Below are positions 39,807 to 48,145 of a DNA stretch of 64,000 bases, piece after piece. The notes beneath the pieces were generated by a model that had not been told where the DNA came from, did not search any database, and saw nothing but the letters and a program-made list of their open reading frames with translations. Numbering within the stretch: the first letter of the stretch is position 1; each line of letters opens with the position of its first letter. The translations under genes were made by a program, and so were the position numbers. Source of the DNA: a virus. The stretch lies in IMG/VR virus record IMGVR_UViG_3300021960_009431; one strand, written 5' to 3'.

Positions 39807-40138
39807 GTAAAAAAGATAAAAGCTTTTTTGAAACGTTGACTGTGTCTGTAGATAATACTGATGTTGAACCTACAATTACTTTAGGTGAAATTGATGAAGA
39901 TGGTGAGCCTCGTCCTAATCATTATAGTCAAGATCCTAATTCTATAGAATGTATTGAAGTTATTAAGCAGTTGTGTAAGGAACATCAGAACGATCCTTTT
40001 ACTGACTATAATAGATATCAAGCGTTCAAATATCTTTGGCGTATGGGTAAGAAAGATGATGTATTGTTTGATTTAAATAAAGCTATTACATTTTTGGAGT
40101 TTGCAAGGAAAGCATTAGAGGATGAACGTAATGGATGA
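39803..40138 (+). CDS. DUF3310 (T7 gp1.7-like nucleotide kinase family) protein
   Basis: PNHY...IECIEVI...KYLWRMGKK...DLNKA. Confidence 0.8.
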   Translation: MSKKDKSFFETLTVSVDNTDVEPTITLGEIDEDGEPRPNHYSQDPNSIECIEVIKQLCKEHQNDPFTDYNRYQAFKYLWRMGKKDDVLFDLNKAITFLEFARKALEDERNG

Positions 40139-41063
40139 AATTGAAAAAATTGCTAGTAAGGTATTAGGTAAAACGTCTGACGGATCTACTATGATGCGTT
40201 ATGAAACACCAGATGATATAGATGCTTCTTTACTCGTAGGCGTACCTAGACATCTCAATCGCACTGGTTACGGTATTAGTAATGACGGTTCAGAGTTATT
40301 TCATGGTATTGATGCTTGGAACGGTTATGAGTTTAGTTGTTTATTAGATAATGGATTTCCTGTTTCAGGTCTTCTTAAATGGAACTACCCTTCAGATTCA
40401 GAATGTATTGTTGAATCTAAATCTGCTAAGTTATATCTCAACTCTTTTAATATGGTTAAGATGGGGAAAACAGTTGAAGAAGCTATAGCTAATGTAGAAC
40501 AGAAAATTGATGAAGATATGGCACCTGTACTTGGTATTAGTGATGAATGGGACTTAAATGTATGTCTACATATGAATGAGGATCATACATCACGTCCTAT
40601 TTCAGGAACATTTATTCCACTTGAAGAAATTGTAGATGTAGCATCTATTGAATTTGATCATTATAATGAAGATCCAGAAATTATTAAATTAGAAGTAAAT
40701 GAAGATTATAGAGATATTAAATATCAATCTAAATCTCTTCGCTCTAATTGTCGAGTAACTAACCAGCCTGACTGGGGTGATATCTTTATTCATATAAAAG
40801 GTGATCGTATTCCTACACCTGAATCTTTATTGCAATATATTGTAAGTATGCGTAAAGAAAATCATTTCCATGAGGAAATATGTGAGTGTGTTTATAAACG
40901 TTTACATGATCTTTGTGGTCCAGAAGAATTAGTGGTTGCATGTCTATATACACGTCGTGGTGGTATTGATATTAATCCAGTAAGAGCAAGTAGTCCTCAA
41001 TTACTTACTCAACATCCGATCACCGACGCATTTAATATGTGTGATAAAACTATGCGTCAGTAA
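40131..41063 (+). CDS. queF: NADPH-dependent preQ0 reductase, bimodular type
   Basis: ESKSAKLYLNSFN; SNCRVTNQPDWG; FHEEICE; YTRRGGIDINP. Confidence 0.93.
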   Translation: MDEIEKIASKVLGKTSDGSTMMRYETPDDIDASLLVGVPRHLNRTGYGISNDGSELFHGIDAWNGYEFSCLLDNGFPVSGLLKWNYPSDSECIVESKSAKLYLNSFNMVKMGKTVEEAIANVEQKIDEDMAPVLGISDEWDLNVCLHMNEDHTSRPISGTFIPLEEIVDVASIEFDHYNEDPEIIKLEVNEDYRDIKYQSKSLRSNCRVTNQPDWGDIFIHIKGDRIPTPESLLQYIVSMRKENHFHEEICECVYKRLHDLCGPEELVVACLYTRRGGIDINPVRASSPQLLTQHPITDAFNMCDKTMRQ

Positions 41064-41115
41064 GTGGTTCATGAAAGCTAACCACTTTAAAAAACATACC
41101 GCTTTCATATTGGAG
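41062..41115 (+). ncRNA. preQ1-I riboswitch-like H-type pseudoknot (variant) in queC leader
   Basis: AAGTGG-TTCATG-AAAGCTAA-CCACTT-TAAAAAA-CATA, then GCTTTCAT complementary to loop ATGAAAGC, just before SD GGAG. Confidence 0.65.
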
Positions 41116-41121
41116 AACTAA

Positions 41122-41937
41122 ATGAAAAATATCGTTGTATCATTATCTGGAGGAATGGACTCCTCTACTCTACTGTTGCGCGCTATCAAAGAGGTAGGTG
41201 CAAGTAATGTAACAGCTTTGTCATTTGATTATGGACAGAAGCACGTTTGTGAATTAGAACGTGCTAAAGAAATAGTAAACTATCTTGCAGTACATGGGCA
41301 TACAATCAGGTATCAAGTTATTAAACTTGATGGTATTACTGAGTTGTTATCTTCAGCCCTTGTATCTGGAGGTGCAGATGTGCCTGAAGGTCATTATGCA
41401 GAAGATAATATGAAGCAGACGGTTGTACCTAATCGTAATAAAATCTTTGCTTCATTAGTTCAAGCTGTTGCTTTATCTGTAGTAAAAAATACTGAACAAG
41501 AAACAGCTATTGCATTAGGTATTCATGCCGGTGATCATGCAATTTACCCTGATTGTCGTCAAGAGTTTCGTGATGCAGATGATGAAGCATTTCGAATTGG
41601 TAACTGGGATGCTGATAAAGTAACTTATTTTACTCCTTATCTTGAAGGTGATAAGTTCGATATTCTAAAAGACGGTGAAGTACTTTGCGAGCAGCTAGGT
41701 TTAGACTTTGATGAAGTTTATTCTCGTACAAACACCTCATACAAACCTTTACAGATTGATGGAGTGTGGTTCTCTGATTATAAGAGTTCTTCTTCTGTCG
41801 AACGTCTGGAAGCGTTTATTAAACTAGGACGTCCTGATCCTGTCGCATATGCTGACGAAACAGGTCCTGTTCCTTATGAGATAGCTAGAGCACATGCTCA
41901 GCTAGTACTCAAGGAATATCAAAGTAACGCAGCATGA
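41122..41937 (+). CDS. queC: 7-cyano-7-deazaguanine synthase
   Basis: SLSGGMDS PP-loop; YGQKH; VPNRN; YPDCR. Confidence 0.93.
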   Translation: MKNIVVSLSGGMDSSTLLLRAIKEVGASNVTALSFDYGQKHVCELERAKEIVNYLAVHGHTIRYQVIKLDGITELLSSALVSGGADVPEGHYAEDNMKQTVVPNRNKIFASLVQAVALSVVKNTEQETAIALGIHAGDHAIYPDCRQEFRDADDEAFRIGNWDADKVTYFTPYLEGDKFDILKDGEVLCEQLGLDFDEVYSRTNTSYKPLQIDGVWFSDYKSSSSVERLEAFIKLGRPDPVAYADETGPVPYEIARAHAQLVLKEYQSNAA

Positions 41938-41948
41938 AAGGATAATAA

Positions 41949-42557
41949 ATGCTGAAACAAATGTTTAATCTCGAAGCAGTAGATCGATCTCTATTGTGGA
42001 AACTGGTACTTACACATCTAGTAATCATTGCTGCTTCAAACTATATTGTTCAATTTAGTGGTATGATTTTTGGTTACCACTTTACATGGGCAATGTTTAT
42101 CTTCCCACTTGTAGTGATTGCTACTGACTTAACTATCCGATTAACTAATAAGTATCAAGCTCGAATGGTAGTAGCTATTGCTTTTATTCCAGCTATTTTT
42201 ATTAGCTCTTATATTGCTACTCCAATGATTGGATTAGCTAGTGCTCTTGCATATCTAGTAGGTCAGTTATTTGATGTATCTGTCTTTCAGAAAATTAGAG
42301 AAGCATTTACAGAACGTTGGTGGGTAGCACCTGCAGTATCAACGTTTGTTGCTAATATTGTTGATACCTATCTATTCTTCTGGGCAGCATTCGCATATGG
42401 CAATGATGAGTTTATGGCAGCTAATTGGTTAGAAATTGCTACTGTAGATGTAATCTTTAAAATTATCGTATCATTTGTAATGTTCTTACCTATATACGGT
42501 GTACTACTTCGATATCTACGTACACGTATGGAAGTAGGTACAGGTGGAACTTATTAA
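41949..42557 (+). CDS. yhhQ: Queuosine-precursor (preQ0/preQ1) transporter, YhhQ/Vut_1 family
   Basis: ASNY, FP....TD, AY.VGQ.FDV.VF, S.FVANIVDT.LFF; about six TM helices. Confidence 0.88.
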   Translation: MLKQMFNLEAVDRSLLWKLVLTHLVIIAASNYIVQFSGMIFGYHFTWAMFIFPLVVIATDLTIRLTNKYQARMVVAIAFIPAIFISSYIATPMIGLASALAYLVGQLFDVSVFQKIREAFTERWWVAPAVSTFVANIVDTYLFFWAAFAYGNDEFMAANWLEIATVDVIFKIIVSFVMFLPIYGVLLRYLRTRMEVGTGGTY

Positions 42558-42572
42558 AAATAAGGTTATATA

Positions 42573-43079
42573 ATGACAATGATTAATATCGGAGGCAGTA
42601 ATGCTGCCTCCTCTTTAACTAACGTTCAAGAAAAAGACGTTCAACCTAATGCAGTTGATTTGCGGGTTGATAAAATTCTAAAGATTCTCGGTAATGATTT
42701 TACTATTGACGAGGATCAAAAAGTTCATAGAGGATCAGAAGAACTAGAGCCTGATAAAGATGGTTACTTTCATCTTGAACCAGGTGCTTATGAAGTATTA
42801 ATGGAAAATATTATTACTATTGGTCATGGAGAAGCTGGTTGGGTTATTCCTCGTTCTACTTTAAATCGTAATGGTGTATTTCTAACTTCTGGATTATATG
42901 ATTCAGGTTATAAAGGTGTTATGGCTAGTGTAATGCATGTTACTACAGGTACAATGCATATTGCTAAAGGTACACGTATCGGTCAATATCTTAACTTTCA
43001 AGCAGAGACATTATCTATGTATGACGGTGATTATGGTATTGGTAAAGAGTTTGACAAAAAAAATTATGAGGGGAAATGA
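42573..43079 (+). CDS. Trimeric dUTPase / dCTP-deaminase-fold protein
   Basis: QPNAVDLR; PRSTLNRNG; YDSGYKG; RIGQ. Confidence 0.85.
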   Translation: MTMINIGGSNAASSLTNVQEKDVQPNAVDLRVDKILKILGNDFTIDEDQKVHRGSEELEPDKDGYFHLEPGAYEVLMENIITIGHGEAGWVIPRSTLNRNGVFLTSGLYDSGYKGVMASVMHVTTGTMHIAKGTRIGQYLNFQAETLSMYDGDYGIGKEFDKKNYEGK

Positions 43080-43930
43080 TGCCGCAAGTTGAAGTTAAAA
43101 TCTCTACTGAAGAGTTACGTAAACGTAAAATTATGGTTGCTACACCAATGTATGGTGGCCAGTGTGCTGGTATATATACAAAATCTTGTACTGATTTAGT
43201 TAAAGTGTGTGCTAATCATGGAGTGCAAGTCGATTTCTTTTACCTGTTTAATGAGTCATTAATTACTAGAGCTCGCAACTATCTTGTAGATGAGTTTATG
43301 AGGTCTGAACATACACACCTTATGTTTATTGATAGCGATATTGGTTTTGATCCAATGGATGTTCTTGCATTAGCTGCTTTAGCGGATGAGAGTGAAGATA
43401 GAGAGATTGTCTGCGGCCCATATCCTAAGAAAGCTATTTCATGGGAAAAAATTAAACGTGCTGTTGATAAAGGCTTTGCTGATGAAAATCCTAATATATT
43501 AGAGAAGTATGTTGGTGATTATGTTTTTAATCCAGCTGGTGAATCAGGTAATCAAATTAGATTAGACCAACCTGTAGAAGTGCTTGAAGGCGGTACAGGA
43601 TTTATGTGTGTAACTAAAAGTGCATTTGAAAAATATGAGAAAGCATATCCTGAATTTCATTATAAACCTGATCATGTACGTACAAAAAACTTTGATGGAT
43701 CTCGTGAGATTATGGCATACTTTGATTGTGTAATTGATCCTGAAACAAAACGTTATCTATCAGAAGATTATATGTTTTGTCAGTGGTCGCGTAAAGCAGG
43801 TGTTAAGGTATGGATGTGCCCATGGATGAAATTGACTCATATGGGCTCATATATGTTTGGTGGCAGTTTAGTTGATCTTGCTCAGATTGGTGCATCTGCT
43901 ACTGTGGGAAATGATTTTAAAGTTAAATAA
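43076..43930 (+). CDS. GT-A fold glycosyltransferase-like protein
   Basis: VATPMYGG; ESLITRARN; LMFIDSDI (DxD); GTGFM; LSEDY.FC. Confidence 0.75.
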   Translation: MMPQVEVKISTEELRKRKIMVATPMYGGQCAGIYTKSCTDLVKVCANHGVQVDFFYLFNESLITRARNYLVDEFMRSEHTHLMFIDSDIGFDPMDVLALAALADESEDREIVCGPYPKKAISWEKIKRAVDKGFADENPNILEKYVGDYVFNPAGESGNQIRLDQPVEVLEGGTGFMCVTKSAFEKYEKAYPEFHYKPDHVRTKNFDGSREIMAYFDCVIDPETKRYLSEDYMFCQWSRKAGVKVWMCPWMKLTHMGSYMFGGSLVDLAQIGASATVGNDFKVK

Positions 43931-43947
43931 ATTGGATATATTATATT

Positions 43948-44616
43948 ATGAAACTAACCGCAAAAACCTTTCAGGTACTAAAGAACTTTTCTTCTATTAA
44001 TCAGTCTATTTACTTTACTCAAGGTAATAAGATTCGTACTATTTCACCTATGAAGACTATTATGGCTGAAGCAGAAGTACAAGAAATGTTTCCTCGTGAC
44101 TTTGGTATCTATGATCTTAATCAGTTTCTTGGAGTGCTTAGTCTCTTTGAAGAACCTGATCTAGATTTTGATACATCATACTTAACTATCAATAGTGAAG
44201 ATAAAGCACAGAGTGATTACTTCTATGCTGATAAATCTATGATTGTAGTTCCTCCAGAAAAGCAACTGGAACTACCAGATACATCTATTAGCTTTACTAT
44301 TAGCGATAGTGTACTTAAACGAGTACAACAAGCTGCTAATGTACTTCAACTTCCTGAAGTAGTGGTAAAAGGTGATGGTGAAGAAATTTCGTTCCGTGCA
44401 ATGAATACAAAAAACTCCTCCTCTAACTCTTTTCATTATAAAGTTGGTGTAACTGATAAAGTCTTCTCTATGGTGTTTAAAGTAGAAAATCTTAAGTTGC
44501 TTCTAGGCTCATATGATGTTACAATTAGTAGTAAAGGTATTTCTCAGTTTAAATCTACTGACGGTAACCTAAATTATACTATTGTAAATGAAGCTTCGTC
44601 ATCGTATGAGGGATAA
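43948..44616 (+). CDS. gp45: Sliding clamp gp45
   Basis: VLKNFSSINQSI; FGIYDLNQFL; FKVENLKL. Confidence 0.95.
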   Translation: MKLTAKTFQVLKNFSSINQSIYFTQGNKIRTISPMKTIMAEAEVQEMFPRDFGIYDLNQFLGVLSLFEEPDLDFDTSYLTINSEDKAQSDYFYADKSMIVVPPEKQLELPDTSISFTISDSVLKRVQQAANVLQLPEVVVKGDGEEISFRAMNTKNSSSNSFHYKVGVTDKVFSMVFKVENLKLLLGSYDVTISSKGISQFKSTDGNLNYTIVNEASSSYEG

Positions 44617-44617
44617 A

Positions 44618-45187
44618 ATGTATGTTGATGAATACATATATGTAAAACGTAAATTCTTAACAGAAGACGAATGTGATAAACTATTTAAAACATCTTCTAT
44701 TTACAAAGAAAGAGATTTAAGCTATTTTGGTGAAAAAGAAAACAAACCAAAAAACTATCCTAATAGTGGATTGTTAAATGAAGAAACACTACTTAATCAT
44801 AATGAAACATTTAATGATAAGATAAAAAAATTAGCACAAGAGTATTATAATAGATATACAAACAATTTACTATCATTAACTGATTTATCAGATGGTCTAA
44901 TTCATTACTATGGTAAAGGAACGTCTTTTGATGATCATATAGATGACATACATGGATTATTTGATGGTGAAAAAAAAGGTGTGCCTCAATTATCTACAAT
45001 CACATCTCTCTCAAGTGATTATGAAGGAGGTGAAATAGTATTTAATTATCCAGGCTCTACAAATGAAAATAATTTTAAATTAAATTGCGGTGATGTTATT
45101 ATTTTTCCAAGCTGTTTTATATATAAACATTACATAAAAACTATTACTGATGGTTATAGATGTACAATTGTAAAATGGTTATGGTAA
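44618..45187 (+). CDS. 2OG-Fe(II) oxygenase
   Basis: HID; YEGGE; GDVIIFPS..Y.H.I..ITDGYR. Confidence 0.85.
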   Translation: MYVDEYIYVKRKFLTEDECDKLFKTSSIYKERDLSYFGEKENKPKNYPNSGLLNEETLLNHNETFNDKIKKLAQEYYNRYTNNLLSLTDLSDGLIHYYGKGTSFDDHIDDIHGLFDGEKKGVPQLSTITSLSSDYEGGEIVFNYPGSTNENNFKLNCGDVIIFPSCFIYKHYIKTITDGYRCTIVKWLW

Positions 45188-45200
45188 GTGAGGTTATATT

Positions 45201-46136
45201 ATGGAAGAATTTTTATGGGTGGAAAAATATCGACCTAAGTCGATAAATGACTGTATACTGCCCGACAGTCTTAAACTAACGTTTCAAGAGTTTATAAATC
45301 AAGACAATATTCCTAATTTACTTTTAACTGGTGGCCCTGGTGTAGGTAAAACTACAGTAGCTAAAGCTATGTTAAATGAAATAAATGCAGATTATATTGT
45401 TATTAATGGTAGTATGAATGGCAACATTGATACTTTGCGTAACGAAATAAAAGACTTTGCATCTACTATGTCTTTTACTAATACTCGTAAGTATGTTATT
45501 CTTGACGAAGCTGATTATCTGAACCCTCAATCTACTCAACCTGCTCTTCGAAACTTTATGGAAGAGTTTAGTAAAAACTGTGGTTTTATTCTTACTTGTA
45601 ATTTTAAAAATAGAATTATTGAACCGCTGCATTCCCGTTGTAGTGTAGTAGAGTTTAATGTTCCTAAACAAGATCGACCTAAAGTAGCGTCTCAATTCTT
45701 TAAACGTGTATGTAATATTCTTAAAGAAGAAAACGTTCAATATGATTTGAGTGTTGTTGCTAAAATGGTTGAAAGTTATTTTCCTGACTTTCGTAGAGTG
45801 TTAAACGAATTACAACGTTATGGTGCAGCAGGGAAAATAGATACAGGTATACTTGCAAGCAATAGTGATGCATCTATAGAAGAACTATTAAGTTATTTAC
45901 AAAAAAAATCTTTTAGTGAAATGCGTAAATGGGTAGCACAAAATAGTGATGTAGACACATCATCAATGTTGCGTAAAATTTACGATAATGCAAATGAAAA
46001 AATGAAACCACATTCAGTAGCTCAATTAGTATTAATTATAGCTGACTATCAGTATAAAGCTGCATTTGTTGCTGATCAAGAAATTAATATGGTAGCCTGT
46101 ATGACAGAGATAATGGCTAATTGTGAGTTTGAATAA
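45201..46136 (+). CDS. gp44: Clamp loader large subunit gp44
   Basis: LWVEKYRP; GPGVGKTT; ILDEAD; PL.SRC. Confidence 0.97.
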   Translation: MEEFLWVEKYRPKSINDCILPDSLKLTFQEFINQDNIPNLLLTGGPGVGKTTVAKAMLNEINADYIVINGSMNGNIDTLRNEIKDFASTMSFTNTRKYVILDEADYLNPQSTQPALRNFMEEFSKNCGFILTCNFKNRIIEPLHSRCSVVEFNVPKQDRPKVASQFFKRVCNILKEENVQYDLSVVAKMVESYFPDFRRVLNELQRYGAAGKIDTGILASNSDASIEELLSYLQKKSFSEMRKWVAQNSDVDTSSMLRKIYDNANEKMKPHSVAQLVLIIADYQYKAAFVADQEINMVACMTEIMANCEFE

Positions 46137-46531
46137 TGAATCCGTTTGATTATGTAAACGATATAAATTATGGTAAGAAAAATATAATTAATAATTCAGA
46201 AAATCCTGAATTAGCTGAAAAATTATACCCATCTTATTTAGTAAATAAAGCGTTTTCTCAATTTTCAGATACAGTTCGACTAGCTAATGAAATGAATATC
46301 CACCATCAACTTGATAAAAAGCTCCAATTCGATTTTCTTATAAATATTATTCGTAATAAGAAGCGATTTAGTAAATGGGCTAAAAAGCAAGATGATGAGA
46401 ATCTTGAACTTGTAATGCAACATTATGGCTATAGCTATGAAAAAGCTAAACAAGTTCTACCTCTACTTAGTGATGATCAAATTATAACAATAAAGAAAAA
46501 AAGATTTGAAGGTGGATTAAATGGCAGTTGA
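46136..46531 (+). CDS. gp62: Clamp loader small subunit gp62
   Basis: ANEMN...LQFDFL; KRFSKWAK; YGYS.EKA. Confidence 0.93.
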   Translation: MNPFDYVNDINYGKKNIINNSENPELAEKLYPSYLVNKAFSQFSDTVRLANEMNIHHQLDKKLQFDFLINIIRNKKRFSKWAKKQDDENLELVMQHYGYSYEKAKQVLPLLSDDQIITIKKKRFEGGLNGS

Positions 46532-46919
46532 TATTAACTCGATGATAGAAGTTGAGCTGAATAATGAAGATGATTTTTTGAAAGTTAGAGAAACACTTAC
46601 AAGAATTGGCATCGCATCTCGTAAAGACATGACATTATATCAATCATGTCACATTCTTCACAAACAAGGTAAATACTATATTGTACACTTTAAAGAGTTG
46701 TTTGCTCTCGATGGCAAACCTACAAACTTTGCTGAGGCTGATATATCTAGACGCAACACTATTGCTAATCTTATTGCTGAGTGGGGTTTGGTTAAGCTAG
46801 TAAACCCAAGCAAAACTGAAGAACCTACCTCACCTCTCAGTCAAATTAAAGTATTACCGTTTAAAGATAAAGACGGATGGAATTTGGTAGCAAAATACAA
46901 CATTGGTCGTAAAAAATAA
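46521..46919 (+). CDS. regA: Translational repressor RegA
   Basis: DFLKVRETLTRIGIAS; LYQSCHILHKQGKYYIVHFKELF. Confidence 0.97.
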   Translation: MAVDINSMIEVELNNEDDFLKVRETLTRIGIASRKDMTLYQSCHILHKQGKYYIVHFKELFALDGKPTNFAEADISRRNTIANLIAEWGLVKLVNPSKTEEPTSPLSQIKVLPFKDKDGWNLVAKYNIGRKK

Positions 46920-47588
46920 ATGTATGTTTTAGATAATGAATTAATGAGTCAGGTAGTAGAAAGTTATGAAAAAAACGGCTTTGTACATATACAAGAATTA
47001 ATATCTAGTGATCTAGTAAATTTTTTGTTGAATACATTTAAGTTAGCTATTGAAACAACAAAAGTTGATTCAGAAGAAAATATTTTAAGAATAAAAGAAG
47101 AGCCACCAGAACTTGGTGATAAACATTCTATTGTAAGTGATGTTGAAACTAACCCTTCTCTAGGATCATATGGTAATATACTTAGTGATTCACTATTACA
47201 TCTATTAACACCATTTGTTTCAACAATTGCAGCAAGGCCTTTATATCCAACCTACAGTTATATACGAAGATATTCTAAATATCAAAAATTAAAAACGCAT
47301 CTTGATAGACCTGAAAATATGCATACAATGTCTATAGATATTGATATTTGTAATTCGAATGATATTTGGCCATTATATATTGAATCAAATAATAAAGTAG
47401 AAGAGATAAATTTAAAACCAACTGATATTGTCTTATTTAAAGGACAGGAATTAAAACACTGGCGCAACACTTTAGAAAATAAAGATGAAAGCTTTCATGT
47501 TTATCTAGCATGGTCAGAAAACCCATTGCATCTATTTGATTATAGAAAATTTTTAAGTTTTCCACATGTAAATAGCTTGCAATCATAG
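46920..47588 (+). CDS. 2OG-Fe(II) oxygenase-like protein
   Basis: PTYSY.R.Y; HLDR; WPLYI; D.VLFKG..L.HWR. Confidence 0.8.
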   Translation: MYVLDNELMSQVVESYEKNGFVHIQELISSDLVNFLLNTFKLAIETTKVDSEENILRIKEEPPELGDKHSIVSDVETNPSLGSYGNILSDSLLHLLTPFVSTIAARPLYPTYSYIRRYSKYQKLKTHLDRPENMHTMSIDIDICNSNDIWPLYIESNNKVEEINLKPTDIVLFKGQELKHWRNTLENKDESFHVYLAWSENPLHLFDYRKFLSFPHVNSLQS

Positions 47589-47613
47589 ATTAAGGCATTA
47601 TATAATATAAATA
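47577..47613 (+). promoter_or_regulatory. Overlapping sigma70-like (TTGCAA-N18-TATAAT) and late (TATAAATA 47606-13) promoters for hsp20
   Basis: Both motifs read directly from the sequence. Confidence 0.6.
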
Positions 47614-47677
47614 GAAATGTAAGCGCGGATAGTCCGGCTTACGTTCTTTCTTGCTTGGAATAAAGGAGAAAAATATG
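47614..47677 (+). ncRNA. ROSE-type RNA thermometer in hsp20 5' UTR
   Basis: 5' hairpin AATGTAAGC.../GCTTACGTT, then TTTCTTGCTT paired with AAGGAGAAA with the bulged G of the U(U/C)GCU motif. Confidence 0.8.
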
Positions 47678-48145
47678 ACAGGCTTACAAACACTATTCCC
47701 TCGTTCATCTTTTGTAGGATTTGATCATCTATTCAACGAACTTGAATGGACAGCTAAACATGCACAAGATCATTATCCCCCACATAATATTATTAAAGCT
47801 GGAGATCAAGAATACTTGATTGAACTAGCAATTGCTGGGTTTACACAGGATGAAATATCTGTAGAAGTTAAAGATAGAACCTTGACTGTTACAGGGGAAC
47901 ATGTCTCTAAAGGTAGAGAGTTTATCCATCGTGGCATTTCGACAAAGAAATTTAAACGAACCTTTAGGCTGTCCGAACATGTAAATGTAAACGGAGCAGA
48001 TATTCAGGATGGCATCTTGGCAATCGAATTGCAATATGTTATTCCAGAAGAAATGCGTCCTCGTAAAATCAATATTGGTCAAACGAGGAAACAAAATGAC
48101 ACAAGCAATACTAACAGCCCACAATTACTCAACGAGAGCAATTGA
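47675..48145 (+). CDS. hsp20: Small heat-shock protein Hsp20 (IbpA-like)
   Basis: FVGFD.LF; YPPHNI; IELAIAGF; HRGIS..KF.RTF.L; DGIL.I.L; IPEE.RPRKI.I. Confidence 0.95.
   Translation: MTGLQTLFPRSSFVGFDHLFNELEWTAKHAQDHYPPHNIIKAGDQEYLIELAIAGFTQDEISVEVKDRTLTVTGEHVSKGREFIHRGISTKKFKRTFRLSEHVNVNGADIQDGILAIELQYVIPEEMRPRKINIGQTRKQNDTSNTNSPQLLNESN

Noticed and set aside
41040-41110. Pseudoknot acting as a frameshift/readthrough signal fusing QueF to QueC
   Set aside because: No slippery heptamer, the stem overlaps the stop codon with no spacer, and queC has its own SD.
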